Shown here piece by piece: positions 1 to 9,433 of a DNA stretch of 64,000 nt (its first letter is position 1; every line of letters begins with the position of its first letter). The stretch spans positions 64,001-128,000 of the forward strand of contig CAVYTA010000001.1 of assembly GCA_963771355.1 (NCBI GenBank), in the 5' to 3' direction. Made by a program: the position numbers and the translations under genes. The notes beneath the pieces were generated by a model that was given only the letters and a program-made list of their open reading frames with translations, had not been told where the DNA came from and ran no database searches. The DNA is from an uncultured Candidatus Rokubacteria bacterium. Lineage in GTDB: Bacteria > Methylomirabilota > Methylomirabilia > Rokubacteriales > CSP1-6.

Positions 1-573
1 CGGGCTCAAGGATCTGCTCGACCCGCGCTGGAAGGGCAAGCTGCTCCTGCCGGACGTGCGCGTGATGGGCGACACCTTCTGGCCCATGACCGCGGCGCGG
101 CTCAGCCTGGGCGACGACATCATCAAGCGGCTCTTCGTGGACCAGGAGCCGGTGCTGAGCCGCGACAACCGCCAGGTGGCGGAGTTCATGGTGCGCGGGC
201 GCTACCCCATCGCGCATCGGCGTCAACCCGCAGATCCTCGCCACGTACCAGAAGCAGGGCCTCGGCCAAGAACCTCAAGCTCCTGCACTTCGCCGAGATG
301 GCCACCATGAGCTCGAGCAGCAGCACGATCTGGCTGGTCAATCGCGCGCCGCATCCCAACGCGGCCAAGGTCTTCATCAACTGGCTCCTCACCCGGGACG
401 CGCAGGTCGCGTGGGCCAAGGAGGTGGAGACGAACAGCCGGCGGGTGGGGATCGAGCCGGGCAACCCGCAGTACGCGGTGCCGCCCGAGGCCAAGTTCAT
501 GCAGATCGACGCCGAGGAGAACCTGCCCGAGGTCGTGAAGACGCAGGACATCGCCCGGGCCGTCATCAAGTAG
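1..573 (+). CDS. ABC transporter substrate-binding protein (Fe3+/thiamine/polyamine class), 3' part, frameshifted near 215
   Basis: The window opens with [11 protein letters not shown] and the C-terminus has [15 protein letters not shown], both typical of this SBP class. ORFs 56-310 and 298-573 join through a frameshift. Confidence 0.8.
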   Translation, partial: RAQGSARPALEGQAAPAGRARDGRHLLAHDRGAAQPGRRHHQAALRGPGAGAEPRQPPGGGVHGARALPHRASASTRRSSPRTRSRASAKNLKLLHFAEMATMSSSSSTIWLVNRAPHPNAAKVFINWLLTRDAQVAWAKEVETNSRRVGIEPGNPQYAVPPEAKFMQIDAEENLPEVVKTQDIARAVIK

Positions 574-599
574 GCCGATACCAGCGTAGGTCCAGGTCG

Positions 600-1700
600 A
601 TCGAAACGGTCCTCACGCTCGCCGAGGTCAGCAAGGTCTTCCCGCCGCACGTGGCGGTGGACCGCGCGTCGCTGGACGTCCGGCGGGGCGAGGTGTTCAC
701 CCTCCTCGGTCCCAGCGGCTGCGGCAAGACCACCACCCTGCGTCTCGTCGCCGGGCTCGAGCGGCCGGACGGGGGCGAGATCACGCTGCGCGGCCGCGTG
801 GTGGCCTCGGTCGCCGCGGCGGATCTTCGTCCAGCCGAACCAGCGCAACCTCGGGCATGGTCTTCCAGTCCTACGCCATCTGGCCGCACATGACCGTGTT
901 CGACAACGTGGCGTACCCGCTGACCCTTCGGGGCCTCGCGCGCGCGGCGATCCGGGAGCGGGTGGCGCGCGTGCTGGACCTCGTCGGCCTCGCCGGCATG
1001 GAGACGCGGACGGCCACGCTCGCTGAGCGGCGGGCAGATGCAGCGCCTGGCGCTCTGCCGGGCGCTCGTCTACGAGCCGGACCTCCTGCTGCTCGACGAG
1101 CCCTTCAGCAACCTCGACGCCAAGCTCCGCGAGCAGATGCGGCTGGAGCTGCGGCTCCTCCAGCGGCGGCTCGGGATCACCGTGCTCTTCGTCACCCATG
1201 ACCAGATCGAGGCGCTCAGCCTCTCCGACCGCATCGCGGTGATGCAGCGCGGGCGCGTGGAGCAGGTGGGCCCGCCGCGGAGCCTGTACGAGCGGCCGGC
1301 GTCCGCCTTCGTGCGCGACTTCGTGGGGTCGACGGTGATCCTGCGCGGGCGGGTCAGCGCGCTCGGGCCGGACGGAGTCAGCGTGGCGATGAACGGGGCG
1401 CTGGCCGGCCGGACGCTCGCGGGACGCTCGGTGTCCGCCACCGCGCTGGCGCCGGGGGCGGACGTGCACGTGGCGATCCGCCCCGAGGACATCGAGGTGG
1501 ACGGCGCGCGGCCCGACGGCGGGACCCTTCCCGGCGTGATCGACACGCTCCTCTTCGTGGGGGACCGCTACGAGGCCCGGGTGAGCCTGGGCGGGGAGCA
1601 GCGCATCGTGCTGCTCGTGCCCCGGACGCGCGAGTGGAAGGAGGGCCAGGCGGTGTCGCTCGCCTTCCCGCCGGACACGGTGAGCGTGTGGCCGGCGTAG
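600..1700 (+). CDS. ABC transporter ATP-binding subunit (PotA/FbpC-like), frameshifted, start uncertain
   Basis: Walker [11 protein letters not shown]-loop MVFQSYA, Walker B LLLLDEP and H-loop VTHDQ are spread over three frames (ORFs 411-893, 857-1201, 1038-1700). Confidence 0.9.
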
Positions 1701-3408
1701 CAACGCCCATCCCGCTGCGCCCGGCCTGGCGCGTCGAGACGCAATCCCTCGTCGGCACGGCGGTCCTTGCCGTGGTCTCGTTCGCCGTGGTCTACCCGGT
1801 GCTGCTCGTCGTGCTCCAGAGCTTCCAGACCGCGCTGCCCGGGCAGCCGGCGCGCTATGGCCTCGACGGCTGGCGCGCGGCGCTGGCCGAGCCCGCGCTG
1901 CGCAGCTCGCTCTGGAACACGCTGACGGTGACGTTCGTGCGCCAGCTCCTCTCCCTGCCGCTGGCCGTCCTCGTCGCGTGGCTGCTGGCACGCACCGACC
2001 TGCCCGGACGCCGGGGGATCGAGTTCGCCTTCTGGGCCGCGTTCTTCCTGCCGCCGCTCACGGTGACGCTGAGCTGGATCCTCTTGCTGGATCCGGAATA
2101 CGGGCTGATCAACACGAGCCTCGCCGCGCTGCCGTTCTTCGGCAAGGGCCCGTTCAACATCTACTCGTTCTGGGGCATCGTCTGGGTTCACGTGATCACG
2201 GGCTCGCTCACGGTGAAGGTCATCCTCCTCACGCCGGCCTTCCGCAACATGAACGCGTCCTTCGAGGAGGCCTCGCGCGTCGCCGGCGCGAGCACGCTGC
2301 GGACCGCGCTGCGCATCACCGTGCCCGTCATGGCGCCGGTGATCCTGTCGGTGCTGCTGCTGGGCACCATGGTGTCGCTCCAGACCTTCGAGGTGGAGCA
2401 GGTGCTGGGCACGCCGTTCCGCTTCTTCGTCTTCAGCACCACGATCTACGACCTCCTGGTCACGCGCGTGCCCCGCTACGACGCGGCCACGGCGCTGGCG
2501 GTGCTGGTCCTGGCCTCCATGCTCCCGCTCATCCTCGCCCAGCAGTGGCTGACGCGCGGCCGCCGCTACACCACGGTGACCGGGCAGTTCCAGAACAAGC
2601 GGCACGCGCTCGGGCGCCTGGCGGTGGCCGGCGCTGGCCCTCGCGCTCGGGCTGGTGGCGATCGTGCTGGGCGTGCCCGTCGTGTTCGCGCTGCTGGGCA
2701 CCTTCATGAAGCTCTTCGGCTTCTTCAACGTGCCGGAGCCCTGGACGCTCGACAACTGGAAGACCGTCCTCGCCGATGATCTCTTCGCGAGCTCGCTGCG
2801 CAACACGCTGGTGCTGGCCGTCGGCACCGCGGTGGCGGCGGTCTTCCTGCACTCGCTCATCGCCTACATCGCCGTGCGCACGCGCTACGCCGGCCGGCGG
2901 CTGCTCGACTTCGTCTCCTGGCTGCCCTTCACGGTGCCCGGCGTGATCCTGGGCCTCGCGCTTCTGTGGCTCTTCCTCGGCACGCCGCGTGCTGCGGCCG
3001 CTCTACGGGACCACCGCGGTGCTGATCGCGGCGGGGCTCATCTCCGGCATGCCGCTCGGCGTGCAGATCATCAAGAGCGGGCTCATGCAGCTGGGCGGCG
3101 AGCTGGAGGAGGCCTCCCGCATCGCCGGGGCCACTTGGTGGACCACCTACCGCCGTATTGTCTTGCGGCTGATGGCGCCGACCCTCATGGCGGTGGGGAT
3201 GATCACCTTCGTGGGCGCCGCGCGGAACATCGCGAACATCGCGCTGCTCAGCACCACCGCCAACCGGCCCCTGGCCATCCTGCAGCTCGACTACATCGCC
3301 CAGAAGAAGCTCGAGGAGGCGGTGGTCATCGCCAGCATCATCATGCTGATCTCGCTGGCCGGCGCGCTGGCCGCCTATGTCCTGGGCGTGCGCGGCAATG
3401 TCGGCTGA
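1688..3408 (+). CDS. ABC transporter permease (FbpB-like, two permease domains), frameshifted near 2620 and 2985
   Basis: Many TM segments and two EAA motifs ([20 protein letters not shown]) in consecutive frames. Confidence 0.88.
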
Positions 3409-3427
3409 GAGAGACAAGGAGTCGCGC

Positions 3428-4230
3428 GTGAGGCTAGACGGCAAGGTCGCGATGGTCACGGGGACCAGCCCCAATATCGGGGCCGGCATCGCCGGCGGGC
3501 TGGCGGAGGAGGGGGCCAAGGTGGTCTGCGTGGACGTGAGCGCGGACAATGCGCGGGAGTGCGCGGCCTGGATCACGGGACGCGGCGGCCAGGCCCTTGG
3601 CCTGACCTGCGACGTGACCGACGAGGCGCCAGGTGGAGGCGATGGTCGCCCGGGCGCGCGAGGCCTACGGCGGGATCGACGTCCTGGTCAACAACGCGGG
3701 CGATTCTCGGCGGCCAGAGCGTGCTCGAGATGCCGCTCGAGCGCTGGAACCGGCAGCTCGCGGTGAACCTCACCGGGACCTTTCTCTGCACCAAGCACGT
3801 GGGCCGGCTCATGGTCGAGCGCGGCACCCGGGGCAGCATCATCGTGATCGTCTCCACGGCCGGGCATCAGGGCCAGCCGGGCAATATCGGCTACTGCACG
3901 AGCAAGAGCGGCCTGCTCAACTTCACCCGCGCCGCCGCCATGGACCTCGCGCGGCACGGGATCCGCGTGAACAGCCTCACGCCGACGGCAACGGACGTCG
4001 AGGAGGGCCACCAGCGCGCGGAGGCCTGGGGCCGGCCGCGGCCCGCGCGGAGCGCCCGCATGCTCGACTTCGCGCGGATGATCCCGACCGGCGCGCTGCC
4101 CAGCCCGCGGCACTATGCGCGGGCCGCCGTGTTCCTGGCCTCCGACGACGCCGAGATGGTCACCGGCATGGACCTGCGTGTGGACGCGGGCGCGATCGCC
4201 AAGTACTGGCCCTGGGTGCCCAGTACCTGA
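3428..4230 (+). CDS. SDR family oxidoreductase, frameshifted near 3630 and 3700
   Basis: N-terminal LDGKVAMVTGTSPNIGAG, then DVLVNNA, catalytic YCTSK and GIRVNSL. Confidence 0.88.
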
Positions 4231-4288
4231 CCTCGCCGGGAGGGTGGCCGGCGGCGGCCGAGCGCCCTCCTCGAGCCGATCGGAGGTC

Positions 4289-4317
4289 TTGACAGGAGGC
4301 GGCCGGGCCTGTATGGT
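4289..4317 (+). promoter_or_regulatory. sigma-70-type promoter of the cold-shock gene
   Basis: TTGACA (4289-4294), 17-bp spacer, TATGGT (4312-4317), about 170 nt upstream of the CSP start. Confidence 0.75.
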
Positions 4318-4368
4318 GAGTTCAGGTTTCAGGTTCATCCGGTTACATGCTTCTCGAGATTCGAGATC

Positions 4369-4410
4369 AAACGCCGCGAGGACCCCTGGTCCCGCGGTGT
4401 TTTTGTTTGT
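4369..4410 (+). promoter_or_regulatory. Terminator-like hairpin in the cspA 5' leader
   Basis: Stem aaacgccgcg(a)ggacc-cct-ggtcccgcggtgttt followed by a T-rich tract. Confidence 0.5.
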
Positions 4411-4488
4411 CCTCCATTTCAGGAGGGCTCCCCGCCATGGTGGCGGGTTTCACCGAGGCGCAAGCCTCAGAAGAAAGAGGTCGGTTCA

Positions 4489-4689
4489 ATGGCACAGGGA
4501 ACGGTTAAGTGGTTCAACGACGCAAAGGGCTACGGCTTCATCACCCAGGAGGCGGGCGACGACGTGTTCGTCCACTTCAACGCCATCCAGGCGCAGGGTT
4601 TCAAGAGCCTGGCCGAGGGCGATAAGGTCGAGTTCGAGGTGACCAAGGGCCCCAAGGGGCTCCAGGCCGCCAACGTCCGCAAGGTCTAA
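4489..4689 (+). CDS. cspA: Cold-shock protein
   Basis: 66 aa: [15 protein letters not shown] (RNP1), DVFVHF (RNP2), KGLQAANV. Confidence 0.97.
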   Translation: MAQGTVKWFNDAKGYGFITQEAGDDVFVHFNAIQAQGFKSLAEGDKVEFEVTKGPKGLQAANVRKV

Positions 4690-4714
4690 CGCGAACCCTG
4701 CGTTGAACCCGGAG

Positions 4715-4750
4715 GCCGGGTCCCCTATCGGGGGCCCGGCTTTTTGTTTT
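4715..4750 (+). terminator. Intrinsic terminator after cspA
   Basis: gccgggtcccc-tatc-gggggcccggc followed by tttttgtttt. Confidence 0.85.
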
Positions 4751-4751
4751 C

Positions 4752-4896
4752 CCACCTGCCATAGAGTAGCCGCATGGCCCGCCCGCTCGAGCGCGTCGCG
4801 TGGGAGTCGTGCGTCCTCACCGATCTCGTCATCCGGGCCCCACTTGCCCCAGTTGCGGACCTGCAGGCAGAGCTTGCGCAGGGTCTCCTCGCTCAT
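4752..4896 (-). pseudogene. N-terminal remnant of a cyclase/kynurenine formamidase-family protein
   Basis: RBS (aagaggag) plus ATG at 4896 gives MSEETLRKLCLQVRNWGKWGPDDEIG, the usual cyclase N-terminal motif. The similarity stops abruptly and runs into the cspA terminator. Confidence 0.6.
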
Positions 4897-4940
4897 CGGG
4901 TCGGTGCTCCTCTTTCTTGTGTGGATGTCGGGCGGGGCAG

Positions 4941-5777
4941 TCAGGCGGGAGTCTGGAGCGGGGGCAGCGCGTCCCCGATCAACCGGCCGCACACCACCAT
5001 CTCGGGGCTGGTCTTGCGATAGGTGTCGAGCGCGCTGCGGACCGCGGCGAACTCTCCCTCCGGCGGCATCGGCGGCGCGGGGGGCAGGGACGGCAGCGCG
5101 GCGAACAGGGCCGGGATCTCGGCGTCCACCGCGGCCAGGAGCTTCTGGCCCGCGGCCAGCGTGGTCGCATCGGTCAGGCGCGGACGCAGGATGGTGGCGA
5201 TATGCGCGAGGAAGGCCGGCCACGACGCGAGCATCCGGTAGAGGCCGGGGACGAAGGGTTCGCCGTCCACGGTGGTGCCGAGCGAGGCCAGCACCGCCTG
5301 CTGCGCGGGCGGCAAGGCGGTCGGCTCGACGAGCGGTGGCAAGGGGCCAACGGCCGGCGGCGGCGCCCACTCGCGCGTGACGCGGGGGTGGCCCGGCGGT
5401 CGGTCTCCGTTCAGCAAACGCCGGAGCAGCCCCGAGAGCACGAGATTGACGGGGCTCACCCTCACGAAGCTGGCGCAAGCTGACCTGATCGTGCGCTCGC
5501 CCGTTTCGTCCACGCCCCACACCCGGAGGGCATCCCGGGAGATGGGCGCGAGCGGCGGGACCGCGAGTCCCTCCGCGGCGCGCCACGCGGCGGCCTGCGC
5601 GGTGCCGCTCGCGAAGGCGGGCCCCAGCGCGGCCCAGGTCCAGGGGAGCCAGCCGGGGCGCGTGGCCAGGTGCCGCTGCAGCGAGGAGACGTACGGAACG
5701 GCCCAGAGCCGCCGGACCTCGGCGTAGATCGCGGCCATCTCGCCGGTGGCATCGCGCTCCCGCAGCTCGGCCAGCAT
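4941..5777 (-). CDS. Hypothetical protein resembling the DehI halocarboxylic acid dehalogenase repeat fold
   Basis: Two similar halves (AIYAEVRRLWAVPYVSSLQRHLA / GEPFVPGLYRMLASWP). The family call is by resemblance only. Confidence 0.5.
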   Translation of the reverse strand: MLAELRERDATGEMAAIYAEVRRLWAVPYVSSLQRHLATRPGWLPWTWAALGPAFASGTAQAAAWRAAEGLAVPPLAPISRDALRVWGVDETGERTIRSACASFVRVSPVNLVLSGLLRRLLNGDRPPGHPRVTREWAPPPAVGPLPPLVEPTALPPAQQAVLASLGTTVDGEPFVPGLYRMLASWPAFLAHIATILRPRLTDATTLAAGQKLLAAVDAEIPALFAALPSLPPAPPMPPEGEFAAVRSALDTYRKTSPEMVVCGRLIGDALPPLQTPA

Positions 5778-5781
5778 CGCC

Positions 5782-6015
5782 TTACAGACCCAGCTCCCGG
5801 CGGACCCGCTCCCGGTCGAAGCCGGCGGCGGTGAGGGCGCGGAGGATGAGGGCCACGTGCTTCTTCGTGAGGTCCTGGGGGCCATGGCCCGGGAGCGTGA
5901 TCTTGACGCCGGGACCCTCGTACTGCACGTGCCCGGTCATCCCGCCCTTGAGCTTCCGGAAGCCGTTGCTCAGCAGCCAGGTCTCCATCTCACGGCGGGT
6001 AACCTGGTTGCTCAC
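5782..6015 (-). CDS. HicA-like toxin (dsRBD-like fold)
   Basis: 77 aa: LLSNGFRKLKGGMTGHVQY...ITLPGHG.DL matches the HicA G-F..G.H...P.H..DL pattern. Confidence 0.7.
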   Translation of the reverse strand: MSNQVTRREMETWLLSNGFRKLKGGMTGHVQYEGPGVKITLPGHGPQDLTKKHVALILRALTAAGFDRERVRRELGL

Positions 6016-6046
6016 GGTGGGCCGCGGGCCGGCTGTGCGCTGCGTC

Positions 6047-6487
6047 CTACCGCGATCCCTCGGGCGGCTCGCACGCCACCGTGCCCATGTCGGCGGGCAC
6101 GCTCACTTCCAGGATCTCGAGCGTATCGGAGGTGGCGATCTCGTTGTGCCGGAGGCCGCCCGGGATGTAGAGGGACTCGCCGGCCTGGAGCCGGATCGTC
6201 TGCCCGTCCTCGAACTCGAGATCCACCCAGCCCTTGAGCGCGTAGACGAACTGGCCATCGCAGACGTGATAGTGCCAGCCGGTGGGCTTGGTCATGCCCG
6301 CGGTGGCCGACATCACCTGCGCCCGCATCCGCCCGCTGCTCGCGGCCGAGACGCCCAGGTCCTGATACTTCAGGAAGCTGCGCCGCCCTTCGACCATGGG
6401 CGCATTGGCGGGCGTCGCATAGGCGAGCTTGCCCGCGGGATGAACAGATGGGGATGTGGCGGTCGCTGTCGCGGTGTCGTTTCTCAT
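6047..6487 (-). CDS. Cupin domain protein
   Basis: GWHYHVCDGQFVY and GESLYIPGGLRHNE cupin motifs. RBS ggag upstream. Confidence 0.88.
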   Translation of the reverse strand: MRNDTATATATSPSVHPAGKLAYATPANAPMVEGRRSFLKYQDLGVSAASSGRMRAQVMSATAGMTKPTGWHYHVCDGQFVYALKGWVDLEFEDGQTIRLQAGESLYIPGGLRHNEIATSDTLEILEVSVPADMGTVACEPPEGSR

Positions 6488-6809
6488 GGTGGCCCTCCGG
6501 CCCCGACTCTACCACGGTCGGAGCGGGCGGAAGTGGGCCGGTCGGGCAGGCTCAACGAGACATTGGAAGCCAGGATGGAGACCATCTTCAGGTGCTGCCA
6601 AGTGGGCACGATGCGAGGGGAGGCTGCCCGAGCCTCAGGCGCGCCACCCGCTCCTGTCCGATTTCCGTGTTTAAGTAAATCTGGTAAGTCCGCGTTCCTA
6701 CACCGGCTCGCGCCTGCTCTGTTTGTTGGATCGACCGATGCATTTCGCCTGGGCAGCCGGGAACGACAGGTGCGGCGTCGCACGAGGCGGCGCCCAGGAG
6801 GGGGACGCC

Positions 6810-8426
6810 ATGACTGACCAGCTGGAGCTCCTCACGCGGCTCGAGACCTATGTGGGTGCGGCGTTCGTGGCCTTCTACGGCTTCGAGCGCTTCCGGAAGC
6901 CGCCGTCGGAGCCGGGGGCGCGCCAGGCGGCCTATCCGAGCCGGGCCACCACCACCGCGGCCTCCTACTACACTGCGGTGTTCCTCTACTGTGGGATCGG
7001 GGTGCTCCTCTACGGCACCCTGCTCTTCTCGCCCTCCGTGCTCGAGAAGATCTGGGCGCTGGTCCCCCAGCTGGGCGACGAGGTGCCGAGCGCGCTCCGG
7101 CAATCGCCCTCCGTGGTGGTGGCGCTCCTGCTCACCGTGCTGCTGTCCAAGGTGCCGGCGCTGGCCGCGCTGGACACTTTCGTTCGCACCCGGCTCCAGC
7201 ACATGGCGGCCATCCCGCATGAAGTCCGGCGCATGGCCGTCGAGCTGAAGCGGGCCGCGTTCCGGCCGGCCAGCGACGCCGAGCACGCGGAGATTGCCCC
7301 CGCGCTCCTGGCGCAGGGGTTCGACGAGGCCGACGTGAGGAACGCGACCGGCGACACGCTCATGGCGCGCTGGTTGCGTCTGGCCACGCTGATGCGGCGG
7401 ATGGAGGCCTGGGAGGCGGAAGGCGGCTTGAATGAGTACTTCATCGACTGTCCCGGCGAGCTGGACGGCCTGCGGGAGCGCTACCGGGAAATCGGCGCCA
7501 AGGTGCGCCGGGCCTATGGTTTCGCGCGAGGGCCCGCGGCCGAGGCGCTGGGCGCTCCCGACGCGCGGGCACTGGAGATGATGGCGGCGTACCGCGAAGA
7601 TGTGGCGGCGGCGCTGGACGCCCTGGTCCGAGATCTCCACGACGCGATCAGCCGCGCGGTGCTCCTCAGCGAGTTCACGGAGCACCGCCGGGCGCGCCGG
7701 CTCGGCGGGCTGGGCTTCGAGCTGGGGATCCAGCCCGTGGGGCATATCTCGCTCAACAGCCTCATGATGCTATTCACGGCGGGCAGCGTGCTCTTCATGT
7801 TCGGATTTACCGTGCTGCCCAGCCGACGACCGGACGAGTCGCCGGTGGATCTCGTGCTCCGCTCGGTGATGATCGCGGCCATCTATTGCGTCTCTATCTG
7901 GTGCGCGCTGGGCCCGAAGACCTACTGGGCTTCCGCCCGCCGCGCGGCCGGGTCCACCCGGCCGTGGTGCGCCTATCTGCTCTCGGCCCTCGCCGCGGCC
8001 GTCGGCGGCGCCGCGGTGAGCCTCGGAACAAAGGTGCTCTACCACGCGAACTTCACCGAGGCCTGGGCCCGATTCGGCCAGGGCCTCCCGTGGATCTTCC
8101 TGACTTTTGTCGTCGCCTATGCCGTGGCGGCGCTGGCCGACGACGAACCGGCCGATCTGGTTGCGGTCGGCCTCGGCGGGCGGCCTCTGTGGCTGGTCGA
8201 GGCAGCGGTCATGGTCGCCGTGATGGTCCCGGTGTCGCTGCTGGTGTACCGCTTGCTCCTCGACACGACGCCGCTGGACAGAATGCCGGCGCTGACTCAG
8301 GTGGTGGTGACCGTGGGCATCGTCAGCTTCGCGATCGGCGCCCTCGTGCCCCGCTGGTACCGGCACGCTCCGTCGGACAAGGGCGCCTCGGGACTCGTCG
8401 CCGCGGCCGCGACGGCGGGCATCTGA
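6810..8426 (+). CDS. Hypothetical polytopic membrane protein
   Basis: RBS ggagggg before ATG 6810. About 3 N-terminal and 6 C-terminal hydrophobic segments flank a soluble helical region. Confidence 0.75.
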   Translation: MTDQLELLTRLETYVGAAFVAFYGFERFRKPPSEPGARQAAYPSRATTTAASYYTAVFLYCGIGVLLYGTLLFSPSVLEKIWALVPQLGDEVPSALRQSPSVVVALLLTVLLSKVPALAALDTFVRTRLQHMAAIPHEVRRMAVELKRAAFRPASDAEHAEIAPALLAQGFDEADVRNATGDTLMARWLRLATLMRRMEAWEAEGGLNEYFIDCPGELDGLRERYREIGAKVRRAYGFARGPAAEALGAPDARALEMMAAYREDVAAALDALVRDLHDAISRAVLLSEFTEHRRARRLGGLGFELGIQPVGHISLNSLMMLFTAGSVLFMFGFTVLPSRRPDESPVDLVLRSVMIAAIYCVSIWCALGPKTYWASARRAAGSTRPWCAYLLSALAAAVGGAAVSLGTKVLYHANFTEAWARFGQGLPWIFLTFVVAYAVAALADDEPADLVAVGLGGRPLWLVEAAVMVAVMVPVSLLVYRLLLDTTPLDRMPALTQVVVTVGIVSFAIGALVPRWYRHAPSDKGASGLVAAAATAGI

Positions 8427-8461
8427 CTTTGACGCGGGACGAATTCCGCTGCGCGGGCCGG

Positions 8462-9361
8462 TCAGCTGAGCTGGGGCCGCACGCGCTCCGCGAAGCCGGC
8501 CATCTGCTCCTCCAGCTCGCGGCCGTCGGTGGCGAGGAACTCGCAGACGAGGTGCTCGACGCCGACGGCCGCCAGCTCGCCGATCTGCTCGACCAGCGCG
8601 GCGGGCGCTCCGGCCAGGACGCGTCCGGCATGGGCGGACTTCGGCGCGGTCTCGCCCGGTCGCAAGATCCGGACGTCGTTCCGTAAGGTCAGCGCCGGCA
8701 CGGTGGCCCGTCCGCGGGCGTGGCAGAGCCGCGCGATTTCCGCCTGACCGGCGCGCAGCTCCTCCACCGGCCGGTTGATCGGGTGCCAGGCGGCGCCGAA
8801 CTCGGCGGTGCGGCGTAGCGCGGCCTTGCTGTGGCCACCCACCCAGATGGGCGGATGCGGCTTCTGGAGGGGCTTGGGCTCGAAGACGAGGCCGCTGAAC
8901 TGGGTGTAGGTGCCGTTGAAGGCGGGGTCAGGGCGAGTCCAGAGCTCCTGCATGGCGCGGAGATACTCGTCGGTCATCGCGCCGCGCTCCTTGAAGGGCA
9001 CCCCCAGCATGGCGCTCTCGGCGGCCACCCAGCCCGCGCCGATCCCGAACAGCACACGGCCGCCACTGAGCGCGTCGAGCGAGGCGATCATCTTGGCGGT
9101 GACGACCGCGTTGCGGTAGGGGACGATCAGCACCGTGGTGCCGAGCTGGACGCGGCTGGTGGCGCCGGCGGCCACGCCGAGCGTGATCAAGGGATCGAAG
9201 ATGGTCTCGCCGAAGTTCACCACGTTGGCATGCGGCACCACCACGTGGTCGCTGACCCAGACCGAGTCATAGCCGAGCCGCTCGGCCTGGACGGCGGTGG
9301 CCTTGATGATCTCGGGGGTGGCGAGGTGCCGGCAGTTGGGGATCCAGACGCCGATTTTCAT
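8462..9361 (-). CDS. LLM class (F420/flavin-dependent) oxidoreductase
   Basis: GYDSVWVSDH, LGTTVLIVPYR, SLDALSGGR, PKPLQKPHPPIWVGG. Confidence 0.92.
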   Translation of the reverse strand: MKIGVWIPNCRHLATPEIIKATAVQAERLGYDSVWVSDHVVVPHANVVNFGETIFDPLITLGVAAGATSRVQLGTTVLIVPYRNAVVTAKMIASLDALSGGRVLFGIGAGWVAAESAMLGVPFKERGAMTDEYLRAMQELWTRPDPAFNGTYTQFSGLVFEPKPLQKPHPPIWVGGHSKAALRRTAEFGAAWHPINRPVEELRAGQAEIARLCHARGRATVPALTLRNDVRILRPGETAPKSAHAGRVLAGAPAALVEQIGELAAVGVEHLVCEFLATDGRELEEQMAGFAERVRPQLS

Positions 9362-9433
9362 GGAGCGAATCTACATCATTTGCGCTCCGGCGTGGGCTTC
9401 CGAACCTACCCCTCTTCGGCTAGCATTCTCTCC

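Noticed and set aside
1..4230. Four consecutive frameshifted genes as a decaying operon or programmed frameshifting
   Set aside because: All motifs are intact and the breaks are scattered 1-nt indels concentrated at one end of the window, which fits read or consensus error better.
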